Source of the DNA: Candidatus Doudnabacteria bacterium
GTDB lineage: Bacteria; Patescibacteriota; Doudnabacteria; UBA920; O2-02-FULL-48-8
Length of the DNA: 38,270 nt
Assembly: GCA_037200925.1 (NCBI GenBank)
Contig: JBBCGO010000001.1
Coordinates: 139,552 to 177,821 of the forward strand
Reading direction: 5' to 3'
Part shown: piece after piece, positions 1 to 8,694 of the stretch
How positions within the stretch are numbered: position 1 is the stretch's first letter
Layout of the letters: the number at the start of each line of letters is the position of its first letter
The notes under the pieces: model-generated
Told to the model about the DNA's origin: nothing
The model's database searches: none
The model's input: the letters and a program-made list of their open reading frames with translations, nothing else
Translations under genes and position numbers: made by a program

Positions 1-1
1 T

Positions 2-619
2 GCGCGGCGCGCGGCGGTCTCTTCCATGAAACCGAACGGCTCGGATTTCAAAAGTTTTGCCACAGGCCTGCGCAATACCGTATTTTTTATCTGGGATAAA
101 ATGGGCCGGATGTGGGGCACGGATATGGGCCGGGATAACCTCGGCGACAATGTCCCTCCGGATGAAATAAATATCATCCAAGAAGGCAAGAACTACGGCT
201 GGCCGATCTGTTATGACGACAATATTCACGACACGAATTTTGATAAGAAGCAATATTTCAGAGACCCGTGCGCTGATTCGGTAAAGCCGCAGGTGAAGCT
301 GCAAGCGCATTCAGCGCCATTGGGCCTGGCTTTTGTCCCGCAAAAAGGCAACTGGCCCAAAGATTATCAGGGCGATCTGATCGTGGCTTTCCATGGTTCT
401 TGGAACCGTTCTGTAGCCACCGGTTATAAGCTCGTAAAAGTTAATTTGGATGCCAATGGCAATTATTTGGGCGTGGAAGATTTTATCACCGGCTGGGCTA
501 AGGGAAATTCAGCTAATACTGCGCTTGGCAGGCCTGCTGGTGTACTCATGGGGGCGGATGGGGCTTTGTATGTGTCTGATGACAAGGACGGCGTGATCTA
601 CAAAATAACTCACAGCTAA
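2..619 (+). CDS. PQQ-dependent sugar dehydrogenase (glucose/sorbosone dehydrogenase family), 5'-truncated by the window edge
   Basis: Frame is open from position 2. Motifs GLRN, WGTDMGRD, NYGWP, AHSAPLGL, FHGSWNR and GRPAGV...DGALYVSDD are typical of GSDH beta-propellers. Confidence 0.85.
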   Translation, partial: ARRAAVSSMKPNGSDFKSFATGLRNTVFFIWDKMGRMWGTDMGRDNLGDNVPPDEINIIQEGKNYGWPICYDDNIHDTNFDKKQYFRDPCADSVKPQVKLQAHSAPLGLAFVPQKGNWPKDYQGDLIVAFHGSWNRSVATGYKLVKVNLDANGNYLGVEDFITGWAKGNSANTALGRPAGVLMGADGALYVSDDKDGVIYKITHS

Positions 620-1309
620 TGGAAATTAAGGATAAAGTTTTTATTTTGACGGGCGCCGCACGGATCGGCGTGGATGTGGCCAAGGAATTGACTGCGAGAG
701 GAGCAAAGTTTGACCCACGACATATCTTACCACCGAATCAGACGTCGGCGATCTGAAGATCAAAGCGGACGTATCCAAACCCGACGAAGTTGCAAGAGTG
801 GTTTCTGAAACTAAGGCAAAATTTGGCCGAATAGACGGACTGATCCACATGGCAGCGATCTACCAAAAGACCCCGTGGAAATCCTTGGCTGAAGCGGACT
901 GGAATAAAAATATGGATGTGATCGCAAAGAGCGCGTTTCTAATGTCCAAAGCTGCCGGCGACGAGATGACGATAGGCGAAGATCATTCTTATCTCAGACT
1001 GGTCAGTTTTGACCCAGCCGTACAAAGATTATTTACCGTACAACGTGGCAAAAAGCGCCATTGAAGGTTTAACTAAATCGCTGGCCAAAGAATTGGCGCC
1101 GAAAATTATGGTCAACTGCATAGCACCCCGGCCCTATTCTGAAACCGGCGGATCTTTCGGATGCGGATAACGCAGAGGTTTTAAAAAATACCCCTCTGGG
1201 AAAATGGGGCGGCGCTCATGAGATCACTAAAGCGGTCTTGTATCTTTTGGATTCGGATTTCGTCACCGGGCAAATTTTGTACGTTGACGGCGGACGGTCG
1301 ATAGCTTAA
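619..1309 (+). pseudogene. Short-chain dehydrogenase/reductase (pteridine reductase/FolM-like), broken by frameshifts (pseudogene or sequencing error)
   Basis: Manual reconstruction across three frame changes (~709-716, ~978, ~1126-1129): MEIKDKVFILTGAARIG...ADVSKPDEV...GRIDGLIHMAA...KIILISDW...YNVAK (YxxxK)...VNCIAPGPI...FVTGQILYVDGGRSIA*. ATG overlaps the upstream stop (TAATG). Confidence 0.8.
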
Positions 1310-2227
1310 ATAAATAATTTATTCCCAAGCCTAAGCCCGTTCAGGAAATCTTTTCCGGACATGGCTTTTTTCCTTCAGGCTGAAGTTCCCCCGATCAGCA
1401 TGCTCCCGTCAATGCATTTGACGGCGAGCTCTCCCGAATGAACATAAATTTTCCCGGGCAATTCTATTTTCGGCTCATTGATAATTTTTGCCGATAGAAT
1501 CTTTATGGTTTTTCCGTCCAGGGTAGTCCAGGTTCCGGGCTCAGGGGTTTAAGGCCCGGATCTTTTGATCGATCTCTTTGACCGAAGTGGTCCAATCGAT
1601 CCTGCCCGTCAGAATGATTTAGCAGTTTTGTATAGGGTTGCCTGCGCATGAATTTGCTCCGCGGTTTTGATCTTCCCTGCGAACCAGTCAGGCAGAGTAT
1701 TGCTGACCAAGTCAGCAGCGGCGGCGAGGCTTAATTGGCTTATATAAACCGGTAAAAGTTTCATTGCCTTTAAGCCTAAGAACACTTTTGGCAATGATCT
1801 GACCGTGGTCCATCTTTTCATCCATCCTAATCAGCGTGATGCCTGTTTCATTATCGCCGTTCAATATCACAGCTTGGATGGGCGAAGCGCCCCGGTATTT
1901 CGGCAAAAGGGACCCGTGGATGTTGATCGAGCCAAACTTAGGGATGTCCAGGACTTCTTTGGGAATTATTTGGCCGTAGGCTGCAACCAGCAGAAGGTCA
2001 GGCGCCAGATCTTTGATCCGCGGAAGATCATCCAGGATTTTCGCAGGTTGAACTACCGGTATCTTATTTTTTTCCGCCCAGAGCTTGATCGGCGGGGGAG
2101 TCATAATCTGCTTTCGACCTACAGGTTTATCCGGCTGAGTTATGATCAGAACAAGCTCATGATCTTTTTTGAGCATTTCTAACGTAGGAATTCCAAACTC
2201 CGTTGTGCCTGCGAATATTATTTTCAC
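1306..2227 (-). pseudogene. fmt: Methionyl-tRNA formyltransferase; 3' half broken by six frameshifts (pseudogene or sequencing error)
   Basis: N-terminal half intact (FAGTTEFG, TQPDKPVGR, AAYGQI, NIHGSLLPKYRGASPIQ, MDHG). C-terminal half reconstructs as ...YTKLL...IDW...IRALNPEPGTWT...ELQPEGKK.M...FLNG across shifts near 1737, 1636, 1601, 1545, 1390 and 1365. Stop overlaps the SDR stop (TTAA). Confidence 0.85.
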
Positions 2228-2709
2228 ATTTTTTCATCCGGGTTGCCGGATGTTTTTCTGTTCATTTTTGAAGTGAATAAGATTCCGTCCAAATGGTCCA
2301 CCTCATGCTGGATGACGCGCGCCAAGAGGCCATCCGCCTTAAAAGCGTGGTTGACGCCTTGCAGGTTCTGAGCCTCAACTTTAATATTTTCCGGGCGTTT
2401 GACCATGCCGTATATTCCGGGGATCGAAAGGCAGCCTTCTTCCATTTCCACTTTTTTCCATGATCTTCTGGAAATTTTTGGATTGATCAGAGCAAATGGA
2501 GCCAATCCCAAGTGCTCCAGATTAATGATGCAAAGTCGGATCGATTTGCCGATCTGAGGGGCAGCGAGGCCTATCCCATTTGCAGCTCTGCAAGTTGCGA
2601 TCATTTCAGCAACCAGTTTTTTAACCGAAGAGTCTACATCCTTGATCAAGGATGTTTTTTTCGTCAGTATAGGGTCCGGTATTGTAACGATCTTAAGCAT
2701 TTCTTTCAT
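2224..2709 (-). CDS. def: Peptide deformylase
   Basis: Motifs GIGLAAPQIG, EGCLS and QHEVDHLDG; overlaps the fmt start by 4 nt. Confidence 0.97.
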   Translation of the reverse strand: MKEMLKIVTIPDPILTKKTSLIKDVDSSVKKLVAEMIATCRAANGIGLAAPQIGKSIRLCIINLEHLGLAPFALINPKISRRSWKKVEMEEGCLSIPGIYGMVKRPENIKVEAQNLQGVNHAFKADGLLARVIQHEVDHLDGILFTSKMNRKTSGNPDEKM

Positions 2710-2959
2710 TATTAGATTTTTTTATCAGGAAAGCAAACAAAGCGCCGGGTTTCTTTGGCTTTTGTTCCAAGACCTCGCCGGCCAGACGGCGCAAAAAATC
2801 ATGGTTGTAACTTGTGGCCATCTTCAAATAAAAACCAAAATGTTTTCTATCCGAAAATTTATTTGAAAGTTCATCCGCCAGCGCGTGGGCAGGGGAGTGG
2901 ATATGCTGTTCTTTGCGCTTTTTAAGATAATCTTTTTCAACTTTCATCGGCCTAATCAT
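2693..2959 (-). CDS. Small basic helical hypothetical protein (start could be 2947)
   Basis: 88-aa ORF overlapping def by 17 nt and filling the gap before the divergent thpR; no family firmly recognised. Confidence 0.7.
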   Translation of the reverse strand: MIRPMKVEKDYLKKRKEQHIHSPAHALADELSNKFSDRKHFGFYLKMATSYNHDFLRRLAGEVLEQKPKKPGALFAFLIKKSNNERNA

Positions 2960-2969
2960 AACAGAATTG

Positions 2970-2978
2970 TGTTATAAT
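2970..2978 (+). promoter_or_regulatory. Extended -10 promoter (TGTTATAAT) for thpR-wecB/tagA-gltX
   Basis: TGnTATAAT 11 nt upstream of ATG 2990; no Shine-Dalgarno site. Confidence 0.6.
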
Positions 2979-2989
2979 TTAAAGACATT

Positions 2990-3520
2990 ATGCGCATATT
3001 CACTGCAATCCCGCTGCCTAGGCAAACCAAAGACAGCATTTCGGAAATGCTTCGCGGACGTTTACCGATCCCGTATATTAACACGACCGACCTGCACATT
3101 ACCCTTAATTTTTTTGGCGAGCTGTCGGATGCGCAGGTTGAGAAGGTCAAGAACGATTTTTCCCGGTTCACAAGTGATCAAAATGGATTTCAAATTGAAT
3201 TTGACTCTATCAAAAAGATCAATCACCAATTGCACCTGGCGGTAAAGCCATCAAAAGAACTTATGGAACTTCAAACAAAGATGGAAAAGGAATATGTGTC
3301 AGTTGGGTTTACATTCCAGGACCGGGCTTTCTACCCTCATGTAAAACTGGGCAACCTCCATATGGATAATGTTATGAACCGGCAGCGCAAAATGGAAAAT
3401 TTTCCCAATCAGGAACTGTCAAAGGTAAATTTCCGCGCAGTAGAAATCGCCCTTTACGAAAGCAAATTATTGCTTCACCATCCCAAGCATATTTTGCTGT
3501 TGGAGTCCCACCTGGCATGA
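2990..3520 (+). CDS. thpR: RNA 2',3'-cyclic phosphodiesterase (2H phosphoesterase, 2'-5' RNA ligase family)
   Basis: MRIFTAI N-terminus, two HxT/S-like motifs (LHITLNF, PHVKL) and a C-terminal LYES. Confidence 0.85.
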   Translation: MRIFTAIPLPRQTKDSISEMLRGRLPIPYINTTDLHITLNFFGELSDAQVEKVKNDFSRFTSDQNGFQIEFDSIKKINHQLHLAVKPSKELMELQTKMEKEYVSVGFTFQDRAFYPHVKLGNLHMDNVMNRQRKMENFPNQELSKVNFRAVEIALYESKLLLHHPKHILLLESHLA

Positions 3521-4326
3521 AAATAAACGTCGGCGGCGTAAATATTGACAATGTCACCAAATCAGAAGCGATCGAGAGAATTGATGGGTTCATCAAAAGC
3601 GGCGAACCTCACTACGTAGTCACGCCGTACTCGGAAATGATCGTTTTCGCCTCAAACAGCGAAAACTACCGCCAGGTTTTGAATGCGGCTGACCTGTCGC
3701 TCGCTGACGGGGTCGGAATTTTATGGGCGGCAAAATATCTCTCGCTTAAAAACACATTTTTTTCAGTGTTCATAAGTTTGGCTGCTATTGTTTTTGATCC
3801 CAATTATATCCGTTCCGTCATCCGCGAACAGATCACAGGCAGCCGCCTTATTTACGACTTGGCAGAATTAGCGCAAGAAAAAAATTATAGCGTGGCCCTA
3901 GTAGGAGGACAGGGAAATGTCGCAGCGCAAGCGGCCTATGAATTGAAAAAACTTTACCCAAACCTGAACATCAAGCTGGCGCTCTCTGGGCGGCCTTTTG
4001 ACGCACAGATCGTTAAAGAGATTACCGACAGCAATTCTGATATACTGCTAGTGGCCTACTCGCCGCCGAAACAAGAGATCTGGCTGGCCCAAAACCTGCA
4101 AAATTTGAACAATAAAGTGGCAATTGGGCTGGGCGGGACATTTGACTATCTGGCGGGAATTAGGCGGCCAGCGCCTAATTTTATGCATTATACGGGTTTG
4201 GAGTGGCTATGGCGGCTGATGACGCAGCCCTGGCGCTTCAAGCGGATGTGGAACGCGGTCCCTGTTTTCATTTGGAAGATCTATATATTTAAATTAAAAC
4301 ATAATGCCGCAAGAAGTACGAACTAG
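3517..4326 (+). CDS. WecB/TagA/CpsF family glycosyltransferase
   Basis: ADGVGI, YSPPKQEIW, IGLGGTFDYLAG..RPAP and GLEWLWRL..QPWRFKR motifs. Confidence 0.92.
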   Translation: MKINVGGVNIDNVTKSEAIERIDGFIKSGEPHYVVTPYSEMIVFASNSENYRQVLNAADLSLADGVGILWAAKYLSLKNTFFSVFISLAAIVFDPNYIRSVIREQITGSRLIYDLAELAQEKNYSVALVGGQGNVAAQAAYELKKLYPNLNIKLALSGRPFDAQIVKEITDSNSDILLVAYSPPKQEIWLAQNLQNLNNKVAIGLGGTFDYLAGIRRPAPNFMHYTGLEWLWRLMTQPWRFKRMWNAVPVFIWKIYIFKLKHNAARSTN

Positions 4327-5797
4327 ATTTGCCCCGAGCCCGACGGGATTTCTGCATGTTGGGGTGCTGCGCACCGCTCTGTATAATTTTTTATTTGCGC
4401 GGAAAAACAACGGCAAGTTTATTTTGCGAATTGAGGATACTGATCAGAAAAGAACGGTTCCCGGAGCTTTGGAAAACATCACTCAAACTCTGACTGATTT
4501 CACTCTCGTCCCGGATGAAGGCCCGTACTGGGAAAATAGCGTCAAAGAACGCGGCGACAAAGGCCCGTACTTCCAGTCAAAGCGCTTGGATATTTATAAA
4601 AAATTTGCTGAACAGCTGGTTGAAAGCAATCATGCCTATTTTTGTTTCTGTACGACCGAGCGGTTGGAGGAGCTGCACAAACAGCAGGAAGCAGCGCATG
4701 AACCTCCAAAATATGACAAGCTTTGCCTTAAGCTTTCAAAAGAAGAAATTAAAGCTAAGCTGGAAGCAAATCAACCGCACGTTATCCGGTTAAATGTCCC
4801 GGCTGACCAAAAGATCAGGTTTACTGATCTGGTGCACGGGGAAATAGAGATTTCCAGCAACGAGGTTGATGATCAGGTGCTTTTGAAATCGGACGGATTT
4901 CCGACCTACCATTTGGCGAATGTCATCGATGACCATCTCATGGAGATCACTCATGTCATCCGCGGCGATGAGTGGATCCCTTCCACTCCTAAACATATCT
5001 TATTGTACGCGGCTTTTGGTTGGGAATCTCCTCAGTTCGTCCATTTGCCTTTGCTTCTGTCAAAGACGCGGAAAAAATTATCCAAGCGCGAGGGAGATGT
5101 GGCAGTTAAAGATTTTCTTGAGCAGGGTTATTTGCCGGAAGCACTTTTAAATTTCGTCGCACTGCTTGGCTGGAATCCGAAAACCGAACAGGAAATTTTT
5201 TCGTTACTGGAGCTGGTCCAGCAGTTCTCGCTTGATAAAATAAACAAGGCTGGCGCCGTTTTTGACCTTGATAAACTGGATTGGCTCAACAGCATATACA
5301 TCAGGCGGATGAAGGTAGAAGAACTGTTCGCGCGGATCGTTCCTTATCTGGTCAAAGCGGGAATCAAAACAGCTGATTATCCGAAGGAATTCCTTGAAAA
5401 GATCCTGCTTCTGGAACAGGAACGGCTGAAGAAGCTGTCCGAGATAGGGGAGAGGGTCAAATATTTCTTTGAGGAGCCGAAATACGAGCCCGCTCTCCTG
5501 ATCTGGAAAAAATCCGACAAAAAAATAATTTTGAATAATTTGGAAAGTTTGCAGATTTTCCTGCAATCTTTGCCTGCAGAAAAATTCAAGAAAGAGATTT
5601 TGGAAGCTGAAGTCAAAAAATTCATTGAGACGAATCAGCTGAAAACCGGAGAAGTGCTGTGGCCCTTGCGAGCGGCTTTAACCGGACAGCAAGCCTCGCC
5701 CGGCCCTTTTGAGATCATGGATGCTTTTGCAGTTTTGCCCGGAGGCAAAGAAATCATCATAAAACGCATAAGCAACGCAACCGAAGCCCTGTTTTAG
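4304..5797 (+). CDS. gltX: Glutamate--tRNA ligase
   Basis: RTRFAPSPTGFLHVG (HIGH), LRIEDTD, HVIRGDEW, KKLSKR (KMSKS) motifs. Confidence 0.97.
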   Translation: MPQEVRTRFAPSPTGFLHVGVLRTALYNFLFARKNNGKFILRIEDTDQKRTVPGALENITQTLTDFTLVPDEGPYWENSVKERGDKGPYFQSKRLDIYKKFAEQLVESNHAYFCFCTTERLEELHKQQEAAHEPPKYDKLCLKLSKEEIKAKLEANQPHVIRLNVPADQKIRFTDLVHGEIEISSNEVDDQVLLKSDGFPTYHLANVIDDHLMEITHVIRGDEWIPSTPKHILLYAAFGWESPQFVHLPLLLSKTRKKLSKREGDVAVKDFLEQGYLPEALLNFVALLGWNPKTEQEIFSLLELVQQFSLDKINKAGAVFDLDKLDWLNSIYIRRMKVEELFARIVPYLVKAGIKTADYPKEFLEKILLLEQERLKKLSEIGERVKYFFEEPKYEPALLIWKKSDKKIILNNLESLQIFLQSLPAEKFKKEILEAEVKKFIETNQLKTGEVLWPLRAALTGQQASPGPFEIMDAFAVLPGGKEIIIKRISNATEALF

Positions 5798-5799
5798 TC

Positions 5800-5828
5800 T
5801 TTACAAGGTTCGTTTAATCTGCTACAAT
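5800..5828 (+). promoter_or_regulatory. Sigma70-type promoter TTTACA-N17-TACAAT with extended TG
   Basis: TTTACA 5800-5805, 17-nt spacer, TGcTACAAT 5820-5828. Favours ATG 5838 as the start of the M23 gene. Confidence 0.7.
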
Positions 5829-5837
5829 ATGCGGACA

Positions 5838-7142
5838 ATGTTCAATTATTTGAAACAAAATAACAACTCATGGAAAACATTGATTTCATGCTTGCTGATT
5901 GTTGGCGTTGTTGTGGCTTTCAGCTCAGACCCTAAAGCCGCGGGTCAGACCGCTGATGATCTGTCCCAGCAAAAACAGGACAAGCAAGCGCAGCTGGATG
6001 CAGTTCTTAAAAAGATCGCCGATTATTCCACTGAGATCAAACAGGCCCAGTCCCAGGCCAACACGCTGAAAAACGCTTTGAACATCATAAATCTTCAGAT
6101 CGCGGAAACCACAGCCCAGATCGAAGCCACTTCCGACAAGATCGACGCTGCAAATCTGGAGATCGCCGATGTCACGGATAAGATCGTTCAAACCCAAGCC
6201 AGTATCGCTAAAGAAAAAACCGTCCTAAAGACCCTGGTCTCTGATATCAATGACCTGGACCAGCGCAGCCCTCTGGAAATTGCCCTGGAGAATGATAATT
6301 TTCAGCAATTTCTGGATCAGGTGCAGTATGTATCCTCTATCCAGGAGCAAAGCCAGGAGGCGCTGACGAAGATCAAGCAGCTCGAAGCTGATCTGCAGAT
6401 CCGCCAGGCAGATCTAAAAGCGGAAAAATCATCACTTGATGATCTTTTGGCTCAGCTTGACCTGACCAAATCCGGTCTTGCCGACCAGAGAACCCAAAAA
6501 CAGCAGATTTTGGACCAAACCAAAGGTCAGGAAAAAGCATACCAGAGACTGCTTACCGATTCACAAGGCCAGGAAGAACAACTGGCAAAAGAGATCAATG
6601 ATCTTGATGACGCGATCAGCGCCAAGCTCGGCAACAAGCGCTTGTCCGCCATTCATGGACTATTGGCATACCCGATGGAAGGTACGCTGACGCAAGGTTA
6701 CGGCAATACTGGTTTTACCGCCTTAGGCTATACGTTCCATAATGGGATTGACCTTGCAGGACCGCCCGGCACTCCTATTTATGCTGCCGGCGACGGGACT
6801 GTAGCCGCGACCGGCACCGGCTCAGGAGCTTACGGCAACTGGGTTGCGATCAAGCATGACACGGGAAAATTTGCAGCGCATCCGATCATAACTTTGTACG
6901 GCCATATGGAAAGCTTCCGGATGAGTACCGGCCAGACAGTAAAACTTGGCGACCTTGTCGGGTTTGAAGGCAACACGGGCAATACCACAAGGCTGCTTTA
7001 CGGGCCTCATCGCGGATACCATCTGCACTTCACCGTGTTCGACGCAGACGGATTTGGAGTTGCTGACGGAGCTTACCCAAAAATCTACGGCCCATACCAG
7101 GTGCCTTACGGCGCAACATACAATCCCCTAGATTTCCTCTAA
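5838..7142 (+). CDS. Secreted coiled-coil M23 family peptidase (murein hydrolase, EnvC-like architecture)
   Basis: Signal/TM segment, long heptad-rich coiled coil, C-terminal LytM domain with HNGID (HxxxD), YGHM and HLH (HxH) motifs intact. Confidence 0.9.
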   Translation: MFNYLKQNNNSWKTLISCLLIVGVVVAFSSDPKAAGQTADDLSQQKQDKQAQLDAVLKKIADYSTEIKQAQSQANTLKNALNIINLQIAETTAQIEATSDKIDAANLEIADVTDKIVQTQASIAKEKTVLKTLVSDINDLDQRSPLEIALENDNFQQFLDQVQYVSSIQEQSQEALTKIKQLEADLQIRQADLKAEKSSLDDLLAQLDLTKSGLADQRTQKQQILDQTKGQEKAYQRLLTDSQGQEEQLAKEINDLDDAISAKLGNKRLSAIHGLLAYPMEGTLTQGYGNTGFTALGYTFHNGIDLAGPPGTPIYAAGDGTVAATGTGSGAYGNWVAIKHDTGKFAAHPIITLYGHMESFRMSTGQTVKLGDLVGFEGNTGNTTRLLYGPHRGYHLHFTVFDADGFGVADGAYPKIYGPYQVPYGATYNPLDFL

Positions 7143-7162
7143 ACGGTAGGGGAGAGCAAGCA

Positions 7163-7190
7163 AAAGCCGACCAAGAAGGTCGGCTTTATT
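7163..7190 (+). terminator. Rho-independent terminator of the M23 gene
   Basis: AAAGCCGACC-aagaa-GGTCGGCTTT followed by T-rich sequence, 20 nt after the stop. Confidence 0.8.
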
Positions 7191-7224
7191 ATTTTGAAAT
7201 AAAAATATAAGAAATTAAAGTGCG

Positions 7225-7285
7225 GCGCGCCATTTTACGACAAGAGGCTAGGGAACAGTTAAAACTTATCGTAACAATGGCGCGT
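7225..7285. repeat. Long imperfect inverted repeat (hairpin, 20-nt loop)
   Basis: GCGCGCCATT-TTACGACAAG (7225-7244) pairs with CTTATCGTAA-c-AATGGCGCGT (7265-7285). Confidence 0.8.
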
Positions 7286-7288
7286 ACG

Positions 7289-7332
7289 TTATGCGACAGC
7301 TTTAAAAGAAACTAATTTATGCTGTCGCATAA
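7289..7332. repeat. Perfect 12-bp inverted repeat with 20-nt spacer
   Basis: TTATGCGACAGC (7289-7300) and GCTGTCGCATAA (7321-7332). Confidence 0.9.
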
Positions 7333-7349
7333 GGTACATTGTGCGACTA
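7322..7349. other. Candidate dif-like tyrosine-recombinase site (11-6-11)
   Basis: CTGTCGCATAA-GGTACA-TTGTGCGACTA. The left arm shares CGCATAA with the E. coli XerC arm (GGTGCGCATAA), the spacer resembles TGTATA, and the arms are near-palindromic. Confidence 0.55.
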
Positions 7350-7581
7350 TGTCTTATTCTCGAATTAGGGCCTTTTAAGGCCTTACCCCCTAAACCCGTC
7401 GTTACCTGTTTTCCCGGCTTATATCAGAAAAGCTAACCTTATATTTTATATTTATTTCTATATCCCCTATAGAATTTTTGATAAACAAAATGGAACCGTT
7501 TATTTCATGAAACTTTGTAGCCTTATTACCTTGAAATTATAAACGTTGTATAATGCTTTACATATTATGAGGAGGTTCGGG

Positions 7582-7914
7582 ATGAGGCGTCCAAACCTTG
7601 GCCTAAGCAGATTTGCGGGAAACGAAAGGTTGAATTCCGCCAGCAGACTGTCGGAACAAGTCCTTTGGGAGGCTGAACAACGGGCACATCCTGACGACCC
7701 TTCGGTCATCGTGCTGGAGCGAATAAAGAGGCTTTCGACGCGGGAAGGCACACTCGCGAATCTACTTCGTCAGCTGCTGACCGCAGAAGACATAAAAGAC
7801 CTCGATGCCGCAATTCCGTCGCTTACCGAGCGTTGCGCACGCTCCGGCAGAAAGATCAAACGAAGCCACGTCAGGCTTACGCTATCGCAATTGAAAGAAG
7901 AAGCAGGCTTATAG
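7582..7914 (+). CDS. Hypothetical protein (110 aa from the Shine-Dalgarno-supported ATG)
   Basis: AGGAGG 6 nt upstream of ATG 7582; fills an otherwise empty interval; no family recognised. Confidence 0.55.
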   Translation: MRRPNLGLSRFAGNERLNSASRLSEQVLWEAEQRAHPDDPSVIVLERIKRLSTREGTLANLLRQLLTAEDIKDLDAAIPSLTERCARSGRKIKRSHVRLTLSQLKEEAGL

Positions 7915-7932
7915 TCTCAACTATTGGCCTTT

Positions 7933-8694
7933 TTATTTCGTAACCACGATCATGGCCTTGGGCCGTCCGGCCTGGCTTTCATGATGTCCGCTGGGATAAT
8001 TGACCAGCGCGTCGTAAAGAACTTGATATTTATAAGTATAATCTTTTCCATACTGCGTACCGGCATCATTAGTGATGAAAATGCCTTTGGAATCATCAAA
8101 CCCTTTTATGACCATGAAATGGGTCAAGGGGCCGGGCGCCGTATAATGCGGGTTGCCCAGTTTTTGGCCATTGGCCGGAGCCAGGACCAGTTTGCCTGCA
8201 CGCAGTTCATTTTTAATGTCGTCGATAGAAGGATCGATCTTAACTTCCAAATTTGTGTAGCCGTAATAATCGGTAAAGAATTTGGCCGTGTCCTGAGCAT
8301 CAGTATCGTCGTAATTGCCGTAATGTGCTGTTTCAAAGGCAGACATATCAAGGATCGTCTTCAGCGCATCCGTGGGATTTAAGGGCTGGTCTTTTATCCA
8401 TGACCAAGCCATAAGCACTGAGGCTTCTTCACAGCCGTCTTCTTCACGGGGGTCGGCCCAATTGCCGGTTGGGGCCTGGGAGGTAAAGGGCACATTTAAT
8501 TTAACATAGCTGGCTTGTACTGCGTCCGGGACCGTGGGGTTAAAACTCGTGTCAGGCGGCGGAGGCGGAGTTCCCGTGATCTTATCTACTACTTTTTGTC
8601 CAAGCTGCGTTTTTGAGCGCAGCAAATAAACGGCAGTGAAAGCTGCTACTATTATAATGATAATTGCGAAAAATTTTATATAAGATTTATTCAT
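7933..8694 (-). CDS. Membrane-anchored C39-like (papain-fold) peptidase family protein
   Basis: N-terminal TM; VPFTSQAP, EDGCEEAS (catalytic Cys), THFMVIKGFD (His), ITND motifs. Confidence 0.8.
   Translation of the reverse strand: MNKSYIKFFAIIIIIVAAFTAVYLLRSKTQLGQKVVDKITGTPPPPPDTSFNPTVPDAVQASYVKLNVPFTSQAPTGNWADPREEDGCEEASVLMAWSWIKDQPLNPTDALKTILDMSAFETAHYGNYDDTDAQDTAKFFTDYYGYTNLEVKIDPSIDDIKNELRAGKLVLAPANGQKLGNPHYTAPGPLTHFMVIKGFDDSKGIFITNDAGTQYGKDYTYKYQVLYDALVNYPSGHHESQAGRPKAMIVVTK

Noticed and set aside
798-1064. 88-aa ORF as a standalone gene (also 1609-1821)
   Set aside because: These are internal fragments of the frameshifted SDR and fmt genes.
7225-7349. CRISPR array or oriC
   Set aside because: Repeats are inverted rather than regularly spaced direct repeats; no cas genes; no DnaA-box cluster seen; genes converge rather than diverge here.
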